This document shows, piece after piece, positions 1-26,981 of a stretch of 64,000 nt of DNA. The translations under genes and the position numbers were made by a program. The stretch lies in assembly GCF_009914755.1 (NCBI RefSeq), contig NC_060936.1; one strand, 5' to 3'. Each line of letters starts with the position of its first letter. Position 1 is the stretch's first letter. The DNA is from the human T2T-CHM13v2.0 reference genome, Homo sapiens. A model generated the notes under the pieces. It did no database searches. It was not told where the DNA came from and worked only from the letters and a program-made list of their open reading frames with translations.

Positions 1-92
1 TCAGCCTCCCGAGTAGCTGGGACTACAGGCGCCCGCCACTACGCCTGGCTAATTTTTTCTATTTTTAGTAGAGACGGGGTTTCACTGTGTTA

Positions 93-401
<309 letters not shown>

Positions 402-513
402 TAAAAGTGGTTTAAAATACTATGTTTTTTTCTCAATAGTTTTCATGTTTAGAACATTGATATTTCATGTCAAGATTTCTCGTTACATTATTGCTTAGAG
501 TGTGTGTAGTTAA

Positions 514-831
<318 letters not shown>

Positions 832-1028
832 TGAGCCAGGCATGAGCCACTGCACCTGGCCTGAAGTATTATCTTACCTGTCACTGTAGAAGTATTGTAA
901 GATGATCGGTATTATTTCTTTTTTTGACTTGTCAGTGGCACAAGCTTTGCCTGCATACAGCCTAATTTTTTTCAAATATCCGTATGAATTCAAGCAATTG
1001 GTTGTTCTAAAATTTACTAGCTGCTTGA

Positions 1029-1479
<451 letters not shown>

Positions 1480-1799
1480 TAGGATTACAGGCATGCTTCA
1501 CCATGCCCGGCTAATTTTGTATTTTTAGTAGAGATGGGGTTTTACCATGTTGGTCAGGCAGGTCTGAAACTCCTGACCTCAGATGATCTGCCGGCCTTGA
1601 CCTCCCAAAGTGCTGGGATTGCAGGTGTGAACTACCGCGCCTGGCTGTATTTCTTAATTTAATCTTACATTTATTATAATATATTTTTATTTCAGCATAT
1701 ATTTATAGTCTTTAAATTGTTTCCTATAAAATACTAATAATTTAACATTATTTTTTCCTTCTTTGAACTTCAGTTCATTTAATAGCAGAATGATTCAAA

Positions 1800-2045
1800 G
1801 AGCATGATTAAAAGCATAGCAAGCCTTGACATCACAAAGATGTGCGTGTAAATTCTTCTCCACTTATTAGTTTTGGGACAGTGCATAAGCTCTCTGAATC
1901 TTCATTCCTTACTGTGAAGTGGAGATGATCATGCCTACCCACAAGTTACGGGGTGATTGTGAGGATGAAGTGAGATCACATATGTAAAGTACATACCGCA
2001 GTACCTGCCCCAGGGGGAGTACTTGTTAGTGATTGCTGTTACTAT
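1800..2045 (+). mobile_element. MIR element
   Basis: ctccacttattag...ctctctgaatctt...gattgtgaggatgaagtgagat...tgtaaagtac core. Confidence 0.55.
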
Positions 2046-2501
2046 AATTATCCTCTTTCCTTATCTCCAACTAGATTTTAGACAGAAAGTGAATACTTGG
2101 TATTCAGTATCTCTCAAGTAGCTTACTTGAGTCATGTCCAGTAAGTATTTGTGATTGGTTAATTATTTAATGGTTTTTATAGGGTAGTTATATGATACTA
2201 TGCCTTAGGTTACAAGTAACAAATAAAAACAGACGGTCCAACTCAAACTAGCTTAAAAAATAAAGTATTGGCTCATGTAAACAAAAAATTCAAAATTAAG
2301 TCACAGGCATGGTTGTTTTTGTTTTTGTTCTTAATTTTTGTAGAGTCAGGGTCTCGTCATGTTGCCCAGGCTGGTCTCAAACTCCTGGGCTCAAGCAATT
2401 CTCCTGCCTTGGCCTCCCAGAGTGCTGGGATTACAGGCATGAGCCACCGCCATGGTTTGATCCAGGGTGCAGCTTCTTTTCTTTTCTTTTCTTTTTTTTG
2501 A

Positions 2502-2901
<400 letters not shown>

Positions 2902-2987
2902 TGATCTGCCCTCCTTGGCCTTCCAAAGTGCTGGAATTACAGGCATAAGCCACCATGCCCGGCCCTAATTTTTTATATTGTTTGTAG

Positions 2988-3131
<144 letters not shown>

Positions 3132-3689
3132 TAATTTTTAAAAAAATTTTAATAGATAACAAGGTCTCACTGTGTTTTGGAAGCTGGTCTCAAACTCCTG
3201 AGCCAGGCAGTCCTCTTGCCTCAGCCTCCTAATGTGCTGGAATTACAGGTGTGAGCCACCATGCCCAGCCTGGGATGGCAGTCTAAGATGAAGGAGAAGT
3301 GTGAAAAAATACCGGTTGAGGGTGTCTAGTGTGTGCTTATAAGAAAAAAGGAAGAAAACAAGTAGCAAGAATAGAGCATTGGGGATGACAAAGAAAAGAC
3401 ACTTCTCAGCTTGCACATCCTCAGCAATACCAATATTCACTTGATTCAAATATTTGTTATACAGGTATAAACACACTTATATATGTATAGGTTATTTCTA
3501 AAGAACACCTAAGAAACTGGTAGCAGTAGTTGCTTCTGTGTAGGTTCTAGGGTGGCAGGAGTCAGGGATGGAGGGTGACTCACTCTCACTGTTCTTTTAT
3601 ATCTTTTGCATTTTGTCCCATGTGCATCTATTACCTATTCCACCAAAAGTAACTTGAAAATATTTTTTAAATACGTAAAATATGTCATC

Positions 3690-4020
3690 TTTTGAGCTTT
3701 GTGTCTTCTCAAAACAGCAGTCACAGTGATCCCTTTAAAATAGGTCATATTATGTCACTTCGGTGCTCAAAACTCTCCCAGTAGCTCCCCATTTTACCCA
3801 GGGTAAAAGCCAAAGATCTCAGAATGGCCTATAAGGTCCTCCATGATTCAGAAGCCCTGGCATGTTTCCTCCTCAGGGTGTATGCCCTGCTCCCTTGCCT
3901 ACTGTTTTATTCATTTATTTTCTTGCTATCTATCTCCCCTCTGTAAAATGTTAGCCCTGTGAAGACAGATTTTTGTCTGATTTGTTCTCTGCTAGTTCCA
4001 GCTCCTAAAATAGTCCCTTA
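3690..4020 (+). mobile_element. L2 fragment
   Basis: agtgatccctttaaaa...tgtcacttc...ctcaaaactc...ggtaaaagccaaag...tggcctataaggtcct. Confidence 0.55.
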
Positions 4021-4335
4021 TGTGGTAGATCACAAAAAAAATTGTCACCAATTATCTGCAGCCCCTCCCTTCAATACCTGGAGATGTTTCCTCATTTTGA
4101 ATTTCACCCGGCCTTAGATTTGCTTTGATACCGGTAGAATGCACCATAAGTGTTATTGTGTGAGTTCCGAGCTGAGTCCTGTCAGCTTCCACTGTTGCCC
4201 TAAGAACCTTTCCACCAGCATGAGAACAAGCATGGAATAGCTTTCTGGAGGATTAAAGAATAGGTGAGAGGCCTTAGCCATCTCAGTTGTCCCAGTTGAG
4301 GCCCCAGACATGAAAGTGAGGCCATCCTAGCTACC
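4021..4335 (+). mobile_element. Old MLT1-type MaLR LTR fragment
   Basis: gatttgctttga...tagaatg...gaggccccagacatg...gtgaggccatcc motifs. Confidence 0.5.
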
Positions 4336-4439
4336 CCACAGGGATATTGTGAGGATCAGAGAGAATGTATGTAATATGTATGCTACAGTTCCTGGCACAT
4401 AGGTTCATACTCATTATTGCTACCTCTCCTCTTCCTCTA

Positions 4440-4646
<207 letters not shown>

Positions 4647-4861
4647 TCAAAAAAAAAAGAAAGAGAGAAAGGAAGAAGGAGGGAAGGAAGAGAGAAGAGG
4701 AGAGAAAAGAAAAGAAAAGAATTAACAAACCAGATGTTGAAATCTGTCAAAAGTCCTGTTTAGAAATATCAGTCCTGGATGGAGGGTACTGAAAGAGAGT
4801 AATAGAGATATGATCTGTAGTCTGCAATCACTATTTTACACGCAATTTAAGAAACTACCTG

Positions 4862-6195
<1,334 letters not shown>

Positions 6196-6474
6196 TAACA
6201 AAAGAAGAACAAGAAGAAGAAGGAAACTGCTTGTATTTCAAAGGAGTCTGGGAACTCTCCTGCCTGATTGGTCAGAAGGTATGACATATTGCTTGGTGTC
6301 CACTAGGGAGCGATAAACACATTTAATTAAGGAATAGTGCTTCTCCAAGGTATATGCACTTGCCAGATAGTAAATGTTACTTTATTACTTTAATTTGGCT
6401 GTGAAACTTAAAGACTTCTTTAATTTGTTAGTTTTGTACTTAAAATTATTAAGAGGTGGCTTTATTCTTTTTAA

Positions 6475-6576
<102 letters not shown>

Positions 6577-6611
6577 TAATGAGTTCTCTGTTGTCAGTTT
6601 TTTTCACCTGA

Positions 6612-6893
<282 letters not shown>

Positions 6894-7367
6894 TGACCTC
6901 GTGATCCACCTGCCTTGGCCCCCTAAAGTGCTGGTATTACAGGCGTGAGCCACCACGCCCTGCCATTACATTTTTTTTTTTTAAGCTGAAATTTGACTTG
7001 GAGAAATCACCATACAGGGACAAGAGGAAACTTTGTTAAAGATAATAGTGGATAATAACTAATGGTAGCTATAATAATTTAGTGACCCAAGAAAGTTCTA
7101 AAAACACCCCATCAGTGGCTTTCTATATCAAGTTGCATTTATATGGTTCTTGTCTGAATCTTAAAACACAGAGCTTGAGGAAATTTTAACATTTTTTATG
7201 TGAAATGATTTTGGCCCTAAGTATTAACAGTTTTTTCCTCTAGATAATGAGTAAGGCATATATGTCTTGAAATTTGAAACTTGAAACCTGTTATTTGAAA
7301 GTGCATCCAGTTTTCAGTTCAGCTGTAGCATTAAACATTAATGAACATTACTTTGTGAGCCAAATGA

Positions 7368-7631
<264 letters not shown>

Positions 7632-7720
7632 TGATTGAGACAAACTTCTGAGTTCAAGTGATCCATCTGCCTTAGCCTCCCAAAGTACTGGGATTACAGG
7701 CGTGAGCTACCACATCTGGT

Positions 7721-7775
7721 CCCTTCCTTCCTTCCTTCCTTCCTTCCTTCCTTGCTTCCTTCCTTCCTCCCTTCC
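7721..7775. repeat. (CCTT)n microsatellite
   Basis: Direct reading. Confidence 0.9.
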
Positions 7776-8663
7776 TTTTTGAATTGCCCATTCATGTTGT
7801 CATTTTTTTTGTATCAAATTATTTGGTATCTTGTATAACTGCCCCCGCTTAACACTGGAAAAGTTCCCAAATGAATTTTGTAGGTGTTCCTGACATTTTG
7901 ATAGCAAGAAACACCGTTAAACCAATGTCTAACATCAGATTAACAACAAGATTACATAAATTCTAAGAATTTTATTTTATCTTAATAATATCTCAATGTC
8001 AAAAGGAGTGCAGAATTTATAATACAATAATAAAAAGACAGCCCAGCTGTAAAAAATAAGTAAAGGATTTTAATAGTCATTTCTTCAAAGAAAATATCAG
8101 TAAGCACCTGAAAAGATGCCCAACATCATTAGTCATTAGGGAAATGCAAATCAAACAATTTTCAATCTGTGAATTATGTCATATGGGAATTATATCTCAA
8201 TAAAACTGTTTTTGAAAAAAGGAGCCAGAATAAAAGGGCATTTGGGATGTCAAGAGAACCTTGAAAGCAACAGGTAACAGTCGAGGAAAGGAGCAAAGGG
8301 AAAGAATATAGGCAGCAGGCTGCTTAGAAACCTCTGCCCCCACATCTAGGTCTCCAGCATAATTCACCTGAGTTGTTTTTGAACAGCTTCACTTTCCAGT
8401 ATCTCCCTTTACAGTATGATCTAGGGCATAAGTAACTGGGCATACAAAAACATATAATTAAAGATATTTTATTCTGGAATTTTGTTTGTACTGCAGCGTT
8501 CATGTGTTTTACTAAGGATATATTTTGCTATTCTCTTGGCCTTCAAATGAAGTTATAATTTTAAAATATGCTGAAAATATAGCAGCTATGTATAAGAAAG
8601 AAGGTAGGAGTTTGGGTAAATTTTTCTAAACCCAGGCCAAGTAATTATTTATTTCCAGATTAG

Positions 8664-8864
<201 letters not shown>

Positions 8865-9072
8865 TGAAATGGTGTTTTGATGGGTTATTACTTCCTGTCT
8901 CTCGATTACTAACCATACTGCAAATATTAGTGACATAATTTTATTCCTGTCTAAAAAGCAGTAAGATGTAGAAAGGTTGGAAAAAGCTTTAAGAGATCCA
9001 ACAAGTTTAACACAATCAGCAATTAAAATATTTGGCTTTGAAATTCAGGGTGTTTTAAAACTAGGAGAATGG

Positions 9073-12075
<3,003 letters not shown>

Positions 12076-12365
12076 ATTTATTAATTAACTTAGATAAGAA
12101 ATCTGGTATTTAAACATAAACAGTTTAATTTATGTGAAATGGACTTATAGACCCTGAATCATTGGGTAGTTTAAGAGAAATGTAAAATATTAAATTTCTC
12201 TTTTGAACAAAGGCATTTAAAAATAGCATGCAGATATCAGGTGGGGAAGTTAGGGTACGTAGGGCAGGAGGAAATGGGATGGGATTTGGGAGACCAGAAA
12301 AATTCTTTTTTCCTCTAAATTCATCTCTGGAACTAATTTTATTCTTTATTTTCCCATAATATTAA

Positions 12366-12633
<268 letters not shown>

Positions 12634-12713
12634 TAGGTCCTTGAGAATTTTTCTGAGCTTGTTTCTTTTGTTTTATATCAATAACAAAACCTTTTGGATC
12701 ACTTTGAAATTAA

Positions 12714-13142
<429 letters not shown>

Positions 13143-13143
13143 A

Positions 13144-13248
<105 letters not shown>

Positions 13249-13473
13249 TGAGTAGCTGGGATTACAGGCATGCACCATCATGCCCGGCTAATTTTTTTTT
13301 TGTATTTTTAGTAGAGACGGGGTTTCTTCATGTTGGTCAGGCTGGTCTCAAACTCGCAACCTCAGATGATCCACCCGCCTTGGCCTCCCCTGTTTCTTTT
13401 TAGTCCAGAATTAAGTATCATTTCTAATGTGTTTCTAATGTCCATCAGAAAATGAGTGTCACTGTTGCTCTGA

Positions 13474-13611
<138 letters not shown>

Positions 13612-13830
13612 TAAGACTGTGTTTTAACTTCTTTATTACTTGGGACAAGCCATCATAATCTTATTTTGAAATAATTCACTTGCATTCACTTAGGAAACAA
13701 TTGAGGAGTGAAATATTAGTTAACAAATTTTGACTGAATACAGAAGAGCTGTAGTGAAACTTACCTGTAGCATAGAAACATCACCAATCTCGTGTCAGAT
13801 ATTTGCTTTTTCTGTTCTGACCAGAATTGA

Positions 13831-14241
<411 letters not shown>

Positions 14242-14278
14242 TAGTGTTTTCACAGGAAAGTCTATATTCACTTCCTAG

Positions 14279-14623
<345 letters not shown>

Positions 14624-15862
14624 TGAGCCACTGCGCCTGGCTTTTTTTTCTTTCTTAATTTCTTTTCTTTTGGGGGAAGAATGATGCTTTATTGTAAAAG
14701 TTATTTCAGGAAATTTGGAAAATAGAGAAAAGTACAAAGAAGAAAATAAAACTTACTCATAATTGCATCACCCAGAGATAGCCACTGTAACATTCTGGCT
14801 CACTGCATTTTCTTTCAGACTTAATTTTGTGTATACTTGTATTTTCAAATTTTTTAAAAAAATTTTTTGAGACAGGGTCTCACTCTGTCACCCAGGCTGG
14901 AGTGCAGTAGCACAGTCATAGCTCATCATAGTCTCAACCTCCCAGGCTGAAGCATTCCACCTCAGCCTCCTGAGTAACCAGGACTACAGGCACCTGCCAC
15001 CACACCCAGCTAATTTTTGTGTTTTTTGTAGAGATCGGGTTTTACCATGTTGCCCAGGCTGGTCTCTTAACTCCTGGGCTCAAGCAGTCTACCTGCCTCG
15101 GCCTCCCAGAGTGCTAGGATTACAGATGTGAGCCACTGCACCCGGCCTATCCTTGTATTTTAAAACAAGATTAGGATCATAGAGCATATGCGGTTTTGGT
15201 ATTGTGGGTGTGTTTCAATATCACTGATAATGACTTGAAAACATAATTCTTTTTTTTTTTTTTTTTTTGAGTCAGAGTCTCGCTTTGTCACCCGGGCTGG
15301 AGTGCAGTGGCGCCATCTCAGCTCATTGCAACCTCCGCCTCCTGGGTTCAAGCAGTTTTCTGCCTCAGCCTCCAGAGTAGCTGGGATTACAGGTGCCTGC
15401 CACCACGCCCGGCTAATTTTTTTGTATTTTTAGTAGAGACGAGGTTTCACCATCTTGGCCCTGCTGGTCTTGGACTCCTGACCTCGTGATCCACCCCCCT
15501 TGACCTCCCAAAGTGTTGGGATTACAGGCGTGAGCCACCGTGCCCGGCCGAAAACATGATTCTTAATGACTGTACACAATTTTATCATATAGATGTATAG
15601 TAATTTACTTGACTTTTCCCCTAACTTGCTCCTGTTACCATATCACAAGATATTCTATGCACAATGAGTTGCTTTACTGAAAGATTGTCTGTCAAGAGAA
15701 TTTATAAATGATCATATATATAAATTTTAACTTGCAACAATTTAGTTCCATGTATTTCAATATATTCCCTAATCCAGTGCTATCATTGTCATCCCACATT
15801 GTCCATTAGTTATATAAAAATATATTTCACAATAAACAGTTCATTCATTTAATGCCTATTAA

Positions 15863-16198
<336 letters not shown>

Positions 16199-17749
16199 TG
16201 AAAATTGATTTTCTTATTTTTTGATAGGGGAAAAGTGAAGCTAGTCTGAATTATAGAATGAAGAAAAGTCTGATAGAGAAAAGTCTGATTTACAGAATAT
16301 CAATAGAAAATAGTTAAATTGTTCAGTCAGTAATTTCTAACAAAGCATATTCAAGTAGAGGTTTGGGTCACTTGTTTCCAAGAATAAATTATGATTTTTT
16401 TATGGTATATTCTATCTTGAATAACAATAATATGCTGAGATCATATAAATAATTTGTTTCCTAAAATGTTTCCTTCTAATTTTACTTTTCAAATTTGTTT
16501 GGTAAATCTTGTATTCATAATAGTACAAACGTAAATTTCATCCCAACAAATATCACAAATTCCTTCATAGTGGAGTCCCAGTTAATAACATCTTATTCTA
16601 TAAGATAGATGATAAGCTTTACAGAATGCTGTAGTGTTAAACCTTACGAAATCTACTGAACTGAAGGTAAGCAATGTATTAGAAACTGAAGTATCTCAAA
16701 TATTGATAATCCTAATTTTACTTGTTTAATGTTTTGTTCAAGCTTGTTTTGCTGTTGTTATTGTTGGTTTGGAGATATGAGTTTCTTAGTTAGAATTAGA
16801 AATTTGAAAGCAAAAATAATATTTTTGAAAGTTACCATCACCATCTTGGCTGGGTGCAGTGACTCACGCCTGTAACCCCGGCCCTTTAGAAGGCCAAGGA
16901 GGGAAGATCTCTTGAGCTACGAGTTCAAGACCAGCCTAAGTGACAGAGTGAGACCCCATCTCAACAAAAACTTAAATATTAGCCAGATGTGGTGGCTGTA
17001 GACCTAGCTGCTGAGGAGGTTGAAGTGGGAGGATCTCTTGAGCCCAGTAGTTCAAGGCTTCAGTGAGCTATGATCGCACAACTGCACTCCAGCCTGGGCA
17101 ACAGAGTGAGACACTGTTTCTTAAAAAAATAAAAAATTCACCATATTACGCTGTATATGACTTTTAGGGCAGAATTTGATTAGTAAACTGGACTTAGTTT
17201 GATACCATAGGTGTTTATTGAGTACTTGTTATATTCCCAACACTTAGGGCAATTTTCTCTTCCTGTATGTTACTAAGTTGGCCATAAAATGAAAACTGAA
17301 ATCTGTGTTCTCATTGTACAAAAGCATTGTCCCCTCCTATTTTTCTAGTCACACATATTGTACTTACTTTTTCACAGGCAACAACAGGAATCATCTTCCT
17401 GCTGCTTCAGGTCCCTGAAATTCACTAAGATTGCCAGTTTCTTTGCTAGAGAAAATGACATTTAGAACTTTAATCTCCATGAGCACCATTACAGCACTCT
17501 TTACTCCAAATTTCCTATTGTGTCACCAAATTCTTGAAAGAAGGCTCTATTTTTAAAGGGAATTATTTGCCTTAATGTGGCAAACTCCTGCAAAGCTGAA
17601 ATTACATTATGGGTAAATGATGTAGACCCTTATCATGTTCTGCCTGAAATTCCATGGGCTTCCTGCCATCCTCTGTGCCTCTGTTCTCCTTCACCCTGCT
17701 TCTCTTCCACAGTGTACTCATAGATTTTTGTCCAAACCTGAGGTCTACA

Positions 17750-17972
17750 GTGAGGCCCAGGGGTTCAGAGCCCTGGCTCTAGAGTTCAAATGCCAAGGTT
17801 CAAACCTCTCTCTTACCACGTATTAACTGCGTAACTTGGACAAGTTATTTATTTTGCCTTCAGTTTCCTTAGTAAAATGGGGGTAATAATAATTATGCCC
17901 ACTAAATGGAATTGTAAAGATTGAGCTAAAGATGCAACAGGCACATGGTCAGTGCTTGATAAAATTTAGTTA
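17750..17972 (+). mobile_element. MIR element
   Basis: ggctctagagttc...ggttcaaacc...aacttggacaagtta...cagtttcct...aaaatgggggtaataata. Confidence 0.65.
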
Positions 17973-18045
17973 TTGGCTGGGCACAGTGTCTCATGCCTGT
18001 AATCCCAGCACTTTGGGAGGCAGAGGCGGGCAGATCACGAGGTCA

Positions 18046-18381
<336 letters not shown>

Positions 18382-18784
18382 TCAAGAGATCGAGACCATC
18401 CTGGCCAACATGGTGAAACCCCGTCTCTACTGCGAATACAAAAATTAGCCAGATATGGTTGGCCAGGCTGGTCTCAAACTTCTGGCCTCAAGTGATCTGC
18501 CTGCCTTGGCCTCCCAAAATGCTGGGATTACAGGCATGAGTCACTGTGCCTGGCCTCCACATTTAATATTCAGTATAACAGTACAATGATCATTTCATTG
18601 AACAAAAATCAGAAAATACAAATAAGAGATAATCACTTCAAATATTTTGATTATTACTCTGCCTTTAAGACTTTCTTCTTTTTATTTATTTGGTTTTTTT
18701 TAGACGGAGTTTCATTTTCGCCCAGGCTAGATTGCAGTGGTGCAATCTGGTTCACTGCAACCTCCACCTCCCGGGTTCAAGTGA

Positions 18785-19604
<820 letters not shown>

Positions 19605-20415
19605 TGAACTCCTGACCTCGTGATCCACCCGCCTTGGCCTCCCAAAGTGCTGGGATTACAGGCGTGAGCCACTGCACCTGGCCACGCCCAGCTAATTTTT
19701 GTATTTTTTTGGTAGAGCCAGGGTTTCACTGTGTTGGCCAGGCTGGTCTCGGACACCTGACCTCAGGTGATCCACCTGCCTTGGCCTCCCAAAGTCTGGG
19801 ATTACAGGCATGAGCCACCCCGCCTGGCCTGCTGTGGATTTTTTATTAAGTTTAAACTAGAAGTTATACACAGCTCTCAGGGGCATCAAAATAGGGACAA
19901 TATGTATATTAGTAAAAAAAAAAAGATTTTATAATTCTCTTCCTACCCAACTCATATTAGACTTGAAGTTAATTTCTAGTTGCATGGGTGTTCTCAAGCT
20001 TCCTCCATTAGATTACTAGACATGGAGAAGGGCCCCATTATCCAGCCATATGAGACTTACAGGCTGAAGGTGGGGACAAGGGAGGGTAGCAAATAGCATT
20101 TACTCTAAGCCAGTAGCAAATTCAGGGCAGCTCTCAAAGATTAAAGAAAACCTCAGCTTTCAAGTCTCATATAGCACCACAAACATTATCAAGAGCTATT
20201 TGCACGTGATGATATACACTGAACAGACACAGGTGCTGTATTTAGGTCTTTTCTAGCCTTAGGTTCTTGACCTTGGTGAAGACTAGACTCTTTAGAGGCA
20301 ATTGAAACCATGCCTCCAATTGGTCGGGCACGGTGGCTCATGCCTGTAATCCCAGCACTTTGGGAGACCGAGACAGGCAGATCACGAGGTCAGGAGATCA
20401 AGACCATCCTAGCTA

Positions 20416-21138
<723 letters not shown>

Positions 21139-21239
21139 GCCAGTATCACGGCTATCTGGAGAGCAGGTTCAACAGCTGCAAGGCAAGCCTTGCAGAGGGC
21201 ATCTTCACCTTCTGAGACGTGAGGATGACCCAAGAACAG

Positions 21240-22830
<1,591 letters not shown>

Positions 22831-22859
22831 GAGGTTAGGCTATTTGTTTGTTTGTTTAG

Positions 22860-23075
<216 letters not shown>

Positions 23076-23788
23076 TGATCCACCTGCCTCAGCCTCCTAA
23101 AGTGCTGGGATTACAGGCGTGGGCCACCGTGCCTGGCTATTTCTGTATTTTAAAGATAAGAAGACTGAGCACAGTGGCTCATGCCTGTAATTCTAGCACT
23201 TTGGGAGGTGAAGGCAGGAGGATTGCTTGAAGCCAGGAGTTTGAGACCAGCCTGGGCCACGTAGCAAGACCTGGTCTTTACGGAAAAAAAAAAAAAGGCT
23301 GCGCATGGTTGTGCATACCTGTAGTTACAGCTACTCCAGAGGCTGAGGTGGGAGGATTGCCCAGGAGTTTGAGGCTGCGGTGAGACGTGATCACACAGCT
23401 GCACTGCAACCTGGGCAATAGGGCAAAACCTGATAACAAATAAAAAGGTGAAGATGAGAGGCATTTGAGCATTTGAAAATGCTAACATTCCCAGGGTGCT
23501 GGGATGCAGAGATAGGGAGGAAAGGACTGGCTTTAACTTGGAAGAGTGGCTTCTGCCGTAGCAGGAGGGGAAGGGAAGAAGATGGATTAATTAATCCAGT
23601 GGCTTACGGAGGCTTCGTTGACCTCTGCCTCTCAGTTCTGGTGGAAGCTTTGATGGCTCAGGAGGGGAGTCAGCAGCAGACCATTGATCCCAAACTGAAG
23701 ATTGTCATGTGCCTTTGAAGGCAGGGAAAGGTTTGTTTTTTTTGTTTAATTTTTTGAGATGGAGTCTTGCTCTGTCCCCAGGCTGTAG

Positions 23789-23944
<156 letters not shown>

Positions 23945-24140
23945 TAGTCAGGATGGTCTCGATCTCCTGACCTCGTGATCCGCCCACCTTGGCCTCTCAA
24001 AGTACTGAGATTACAGGCGTGAGCCACCATGCGCGGCCAAGGTTTGGTTTTAGGACGTGTTGGACCAATAATGAAGGTTCTGGGTGTTCTGTGAACCATC
24101 ACCAGCAAAGACAGGGATATAATACTGGTCAGGTTTCTGA

Positions 24141-24347
<207 letters not shown>

Positions 24348-24844
24348 TGCTTAATGATGGCTGAGCTGGGCCCCAGCCCAGTGACTGGCTCATTTGCCCC
24401 TCAAGCACGAGTTTGCATGTTTAGTGTCTAAAAGAGGTTGTCCAGGACTTCCTTTTAATGGAGGATGGGCTTTTAAACCACATCATCTTGTACAACAACC
24501 ATATCTAGAAATAGCTGTTTGTCAAGTGTATGTAACTTGCTTTAAATCCATTATGCTACTTGTGAGGCAGAAGAGTTTTCTGTGAAGGAAAAAAGCCCAT
24601 TAGAGTTCTTCAATTCAATGCACGTTCACCCTAGAGCTTTTAACATCTTTGCTAGTTTTATAAAGGTATTTAAACTTTATTCAACAGCCATTTAGAGTGC
24701 CATCAAGATGGCTTGAAATGGAATTTTGTGATTTGTAGTCAGGTATCTTTTGTATTTGATTGCAAACATTTGGATTTTAGTTTTCTCATGTAATACCATG
24801 GCCTTTTTTGTGCATTGTTTTTTATATTTTAAGACTTTAAGTAG

Positions 24845-24850
24845 AATAAA
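24845..24850 (+). terminator. RAD9B: Candidate proximal RAD9B poly(A) signal AATAAA
   Basis: AATAAA ~500 nt after the TAA stop, just before an antisense Alu. Confidence 0.45.
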
Positions 24851-24884
24851 CCCTGGAAAAAAGATCAAGAGTAAAAATATATAG

Positions 24885-25185
<301 letters not shown>

Positions 25186-25267
25186 TGGAGTGTTTTTACA
25201 TATTGTAAAATTTTATTTCCTAACCTCAAATTGTTCTGATTTTCAGATGTGATTTTTTATTTTGCAG

Positions 25268-25323
25268 TGTGCTGCAGGAAAGAATTTAATGGAAGTGATG
25301 CCAAATATTTCTGTATTATCTGA
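25268..25323 (+). CDS. RAD9B: RAD9B alternative terminal coding segment: (V)CCRKEFNGSDAKYFCII*
   Basis: Acceptor ttttattttgcag|TG; in frame if joined after 24327 (AATG|gcagtt, GC donor); matches the C-terminus I recall for a longer RAD9B isoform. Confidence 0.7.
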
Positions 25324-25756
25324 CATAGAACAGTATCCTCCACTGCCAAGACAGCCTGAGTTTGGAGTGGAATAAGGTGGAAGACAAATGTCTCTGTTCT
25401 TTGGCCCTTTAAGAGTTAGCTTTTTACCTGCACAAATGGACTAAAAAATCTGGCACAAAACATTGTTATGTAATGTCTTATGATGTGTGCCTCTCCCTCC
25501 CCCAAACCTGTTTACAGTCAATTATAACCTGACAAACGAGACTTTTGTAACATATTATTGTTACATCTTTCTGAAACCTTCAAACCGTAAGGAAGTGTTA
25601 ACTGGCAAGCAGTTGTACTTTAGACTTTGTGAGAAATTCATAAAGGTGGCTGAGTGGATTTGCATGCTTTAGAACTGTGAATAGAGTTCTAACTGAAACC
25701 AGAATTAATTTGGCTCTTGTAGCTTAGTAATGAGTCATAGCTACCCACAATAACCT

Positions 25757-25762
25757 AATAAA
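25757..25762 (+). terminator. RAD9B: Candidate RAD9B poly(A) signal AATAAA
   Basis: AATAAA ~430 nt after the alternative TGA stop. Confidence 0.55.
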
Positions 25763-26117
25763 AACTCAAGTTCATCCCAAGATGTTCCTTAGTGAATGAA
25801 AATGGGCCTTAACCAAGCTTTTTGTGGTAACTGGCAATGCCCACATAATTTCAACTAAGTCCTTTCATCACATGGTAGGGGAAGATATATGTATCTTATG
25901 CTTACACTGATGATTAACACTGAATTTCTGGTATTTCTAACAAATGCAGATGCCTACACAGGGAGCTTTTATACACAAAAGTAACTCTGTAGGTCTCTTT
26001 GCTGAGGATAACATTTCTGGTTCATTCATTGAAGTAGGCAGAGGGGTTTAGGTCTTAAAGGCATCATCATCAGTAATAGCCTGGATGCAGCATTGGACTA
26101 TTATTATAGTTAATACT

Positions 26118-26252
26118 GGCGGGGTGTAGTGGCTCATGCCTGTAATCCCAGCACTTTGGGAGGCCCAGGTGGGCGGATCAGTTGAGCCCAGCAGTTCAAG
26201 ACTAGCCTGGGCAACATGGTGAGATCCCATCTCTACAAAAATTAGCTGGGCA
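26118..26252 (+). mobile_element. Sense Alu left-arm (FLAM-like) fragment
   Basis: ggcggggtgtagtggctcatgcctgtaatcccagc...ctctacaaaaattagctggg. Confidence 0.85.
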
Positions 26253-26295
26253 CTTTGGATTTTAGAATTTGGATACAGAGTGCTAAGCTGAAATA

Positions 26296-26650
26296 CAGTC
26301 ATGTGCTGCATAACAACGTTTTGGTCAACGATGGACTGCACAGACAGTGGTGGTCCCATAAGATAATGGAGCTGCCCTATACAGGTGTACCATTTTTTTG
26401 TCTTTCATACCATAGTTTTGCTGAAACATTTCTATGTTTAGATATACAGATGCTTACTGTTGTGTTACAACTGCCTACAGTATTCAGTACAGTAACATGT
26501 TATACAGGTTTGTCGCCTAGGAGCAACAGGCTATTCATATAGCCCAGATGTGTAGTAGGCTAGACCATCTAGGCTTGTGTCAGTACACAATGATGAAATT
26601 GCTAAGGATGCATCTGTCAGAACATCTCTGTTAAACAACACGACTGACTG
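26296..26650. mobile_element. Tigger3a/MER7-type non-autonomous TcMar-Tigger element
   Basis: TA|CAGTCATG... and ...TGACTG|TA termini; internal ggtggtcccataagat and gcctaggagcaacaggcta motifs. Confidence 0.8.
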
Positions 26651-26955
26651 TACAGCAGATTTTTTTTGTAGCTTCCCTCTATACTATACGGAAGGTGCAA
26701 AGCCTCAGCTGGGAAAAAGTTCTATAATTTACATTTAATTGTCCGTCCATTTTGATGAATTTCTGAGGAAGCTAAACTGATGTAGTGAAGCAGCTGGAGC
26801 CAGTTAAAGTAGCAGCATATAATCAGTGCTAGAATGACTAGGAGGCTTGGAAATGAGGACCTGATAGTGACCAACAAACTCAATGTCAAGGGCTGGTGTC
26901 TCATTTAGTTACTATTCAAACCAAAAGAAGCACACAGATTAGTATAAATACTATA

Positions 26956-26981
26956 TTTATTAAATATCTTTACAGTTTATT
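26956..26981 (-). terminator. PPTC7: PPTC7 distal poly(A) signals (two AATAAA on - strand)
   Basis: TTTATT on + at 26956-26961 and 26976-26981, at the end of a long Alu-free AU-rich stretch, with UGUA elements upstream. Confidence 0.75.
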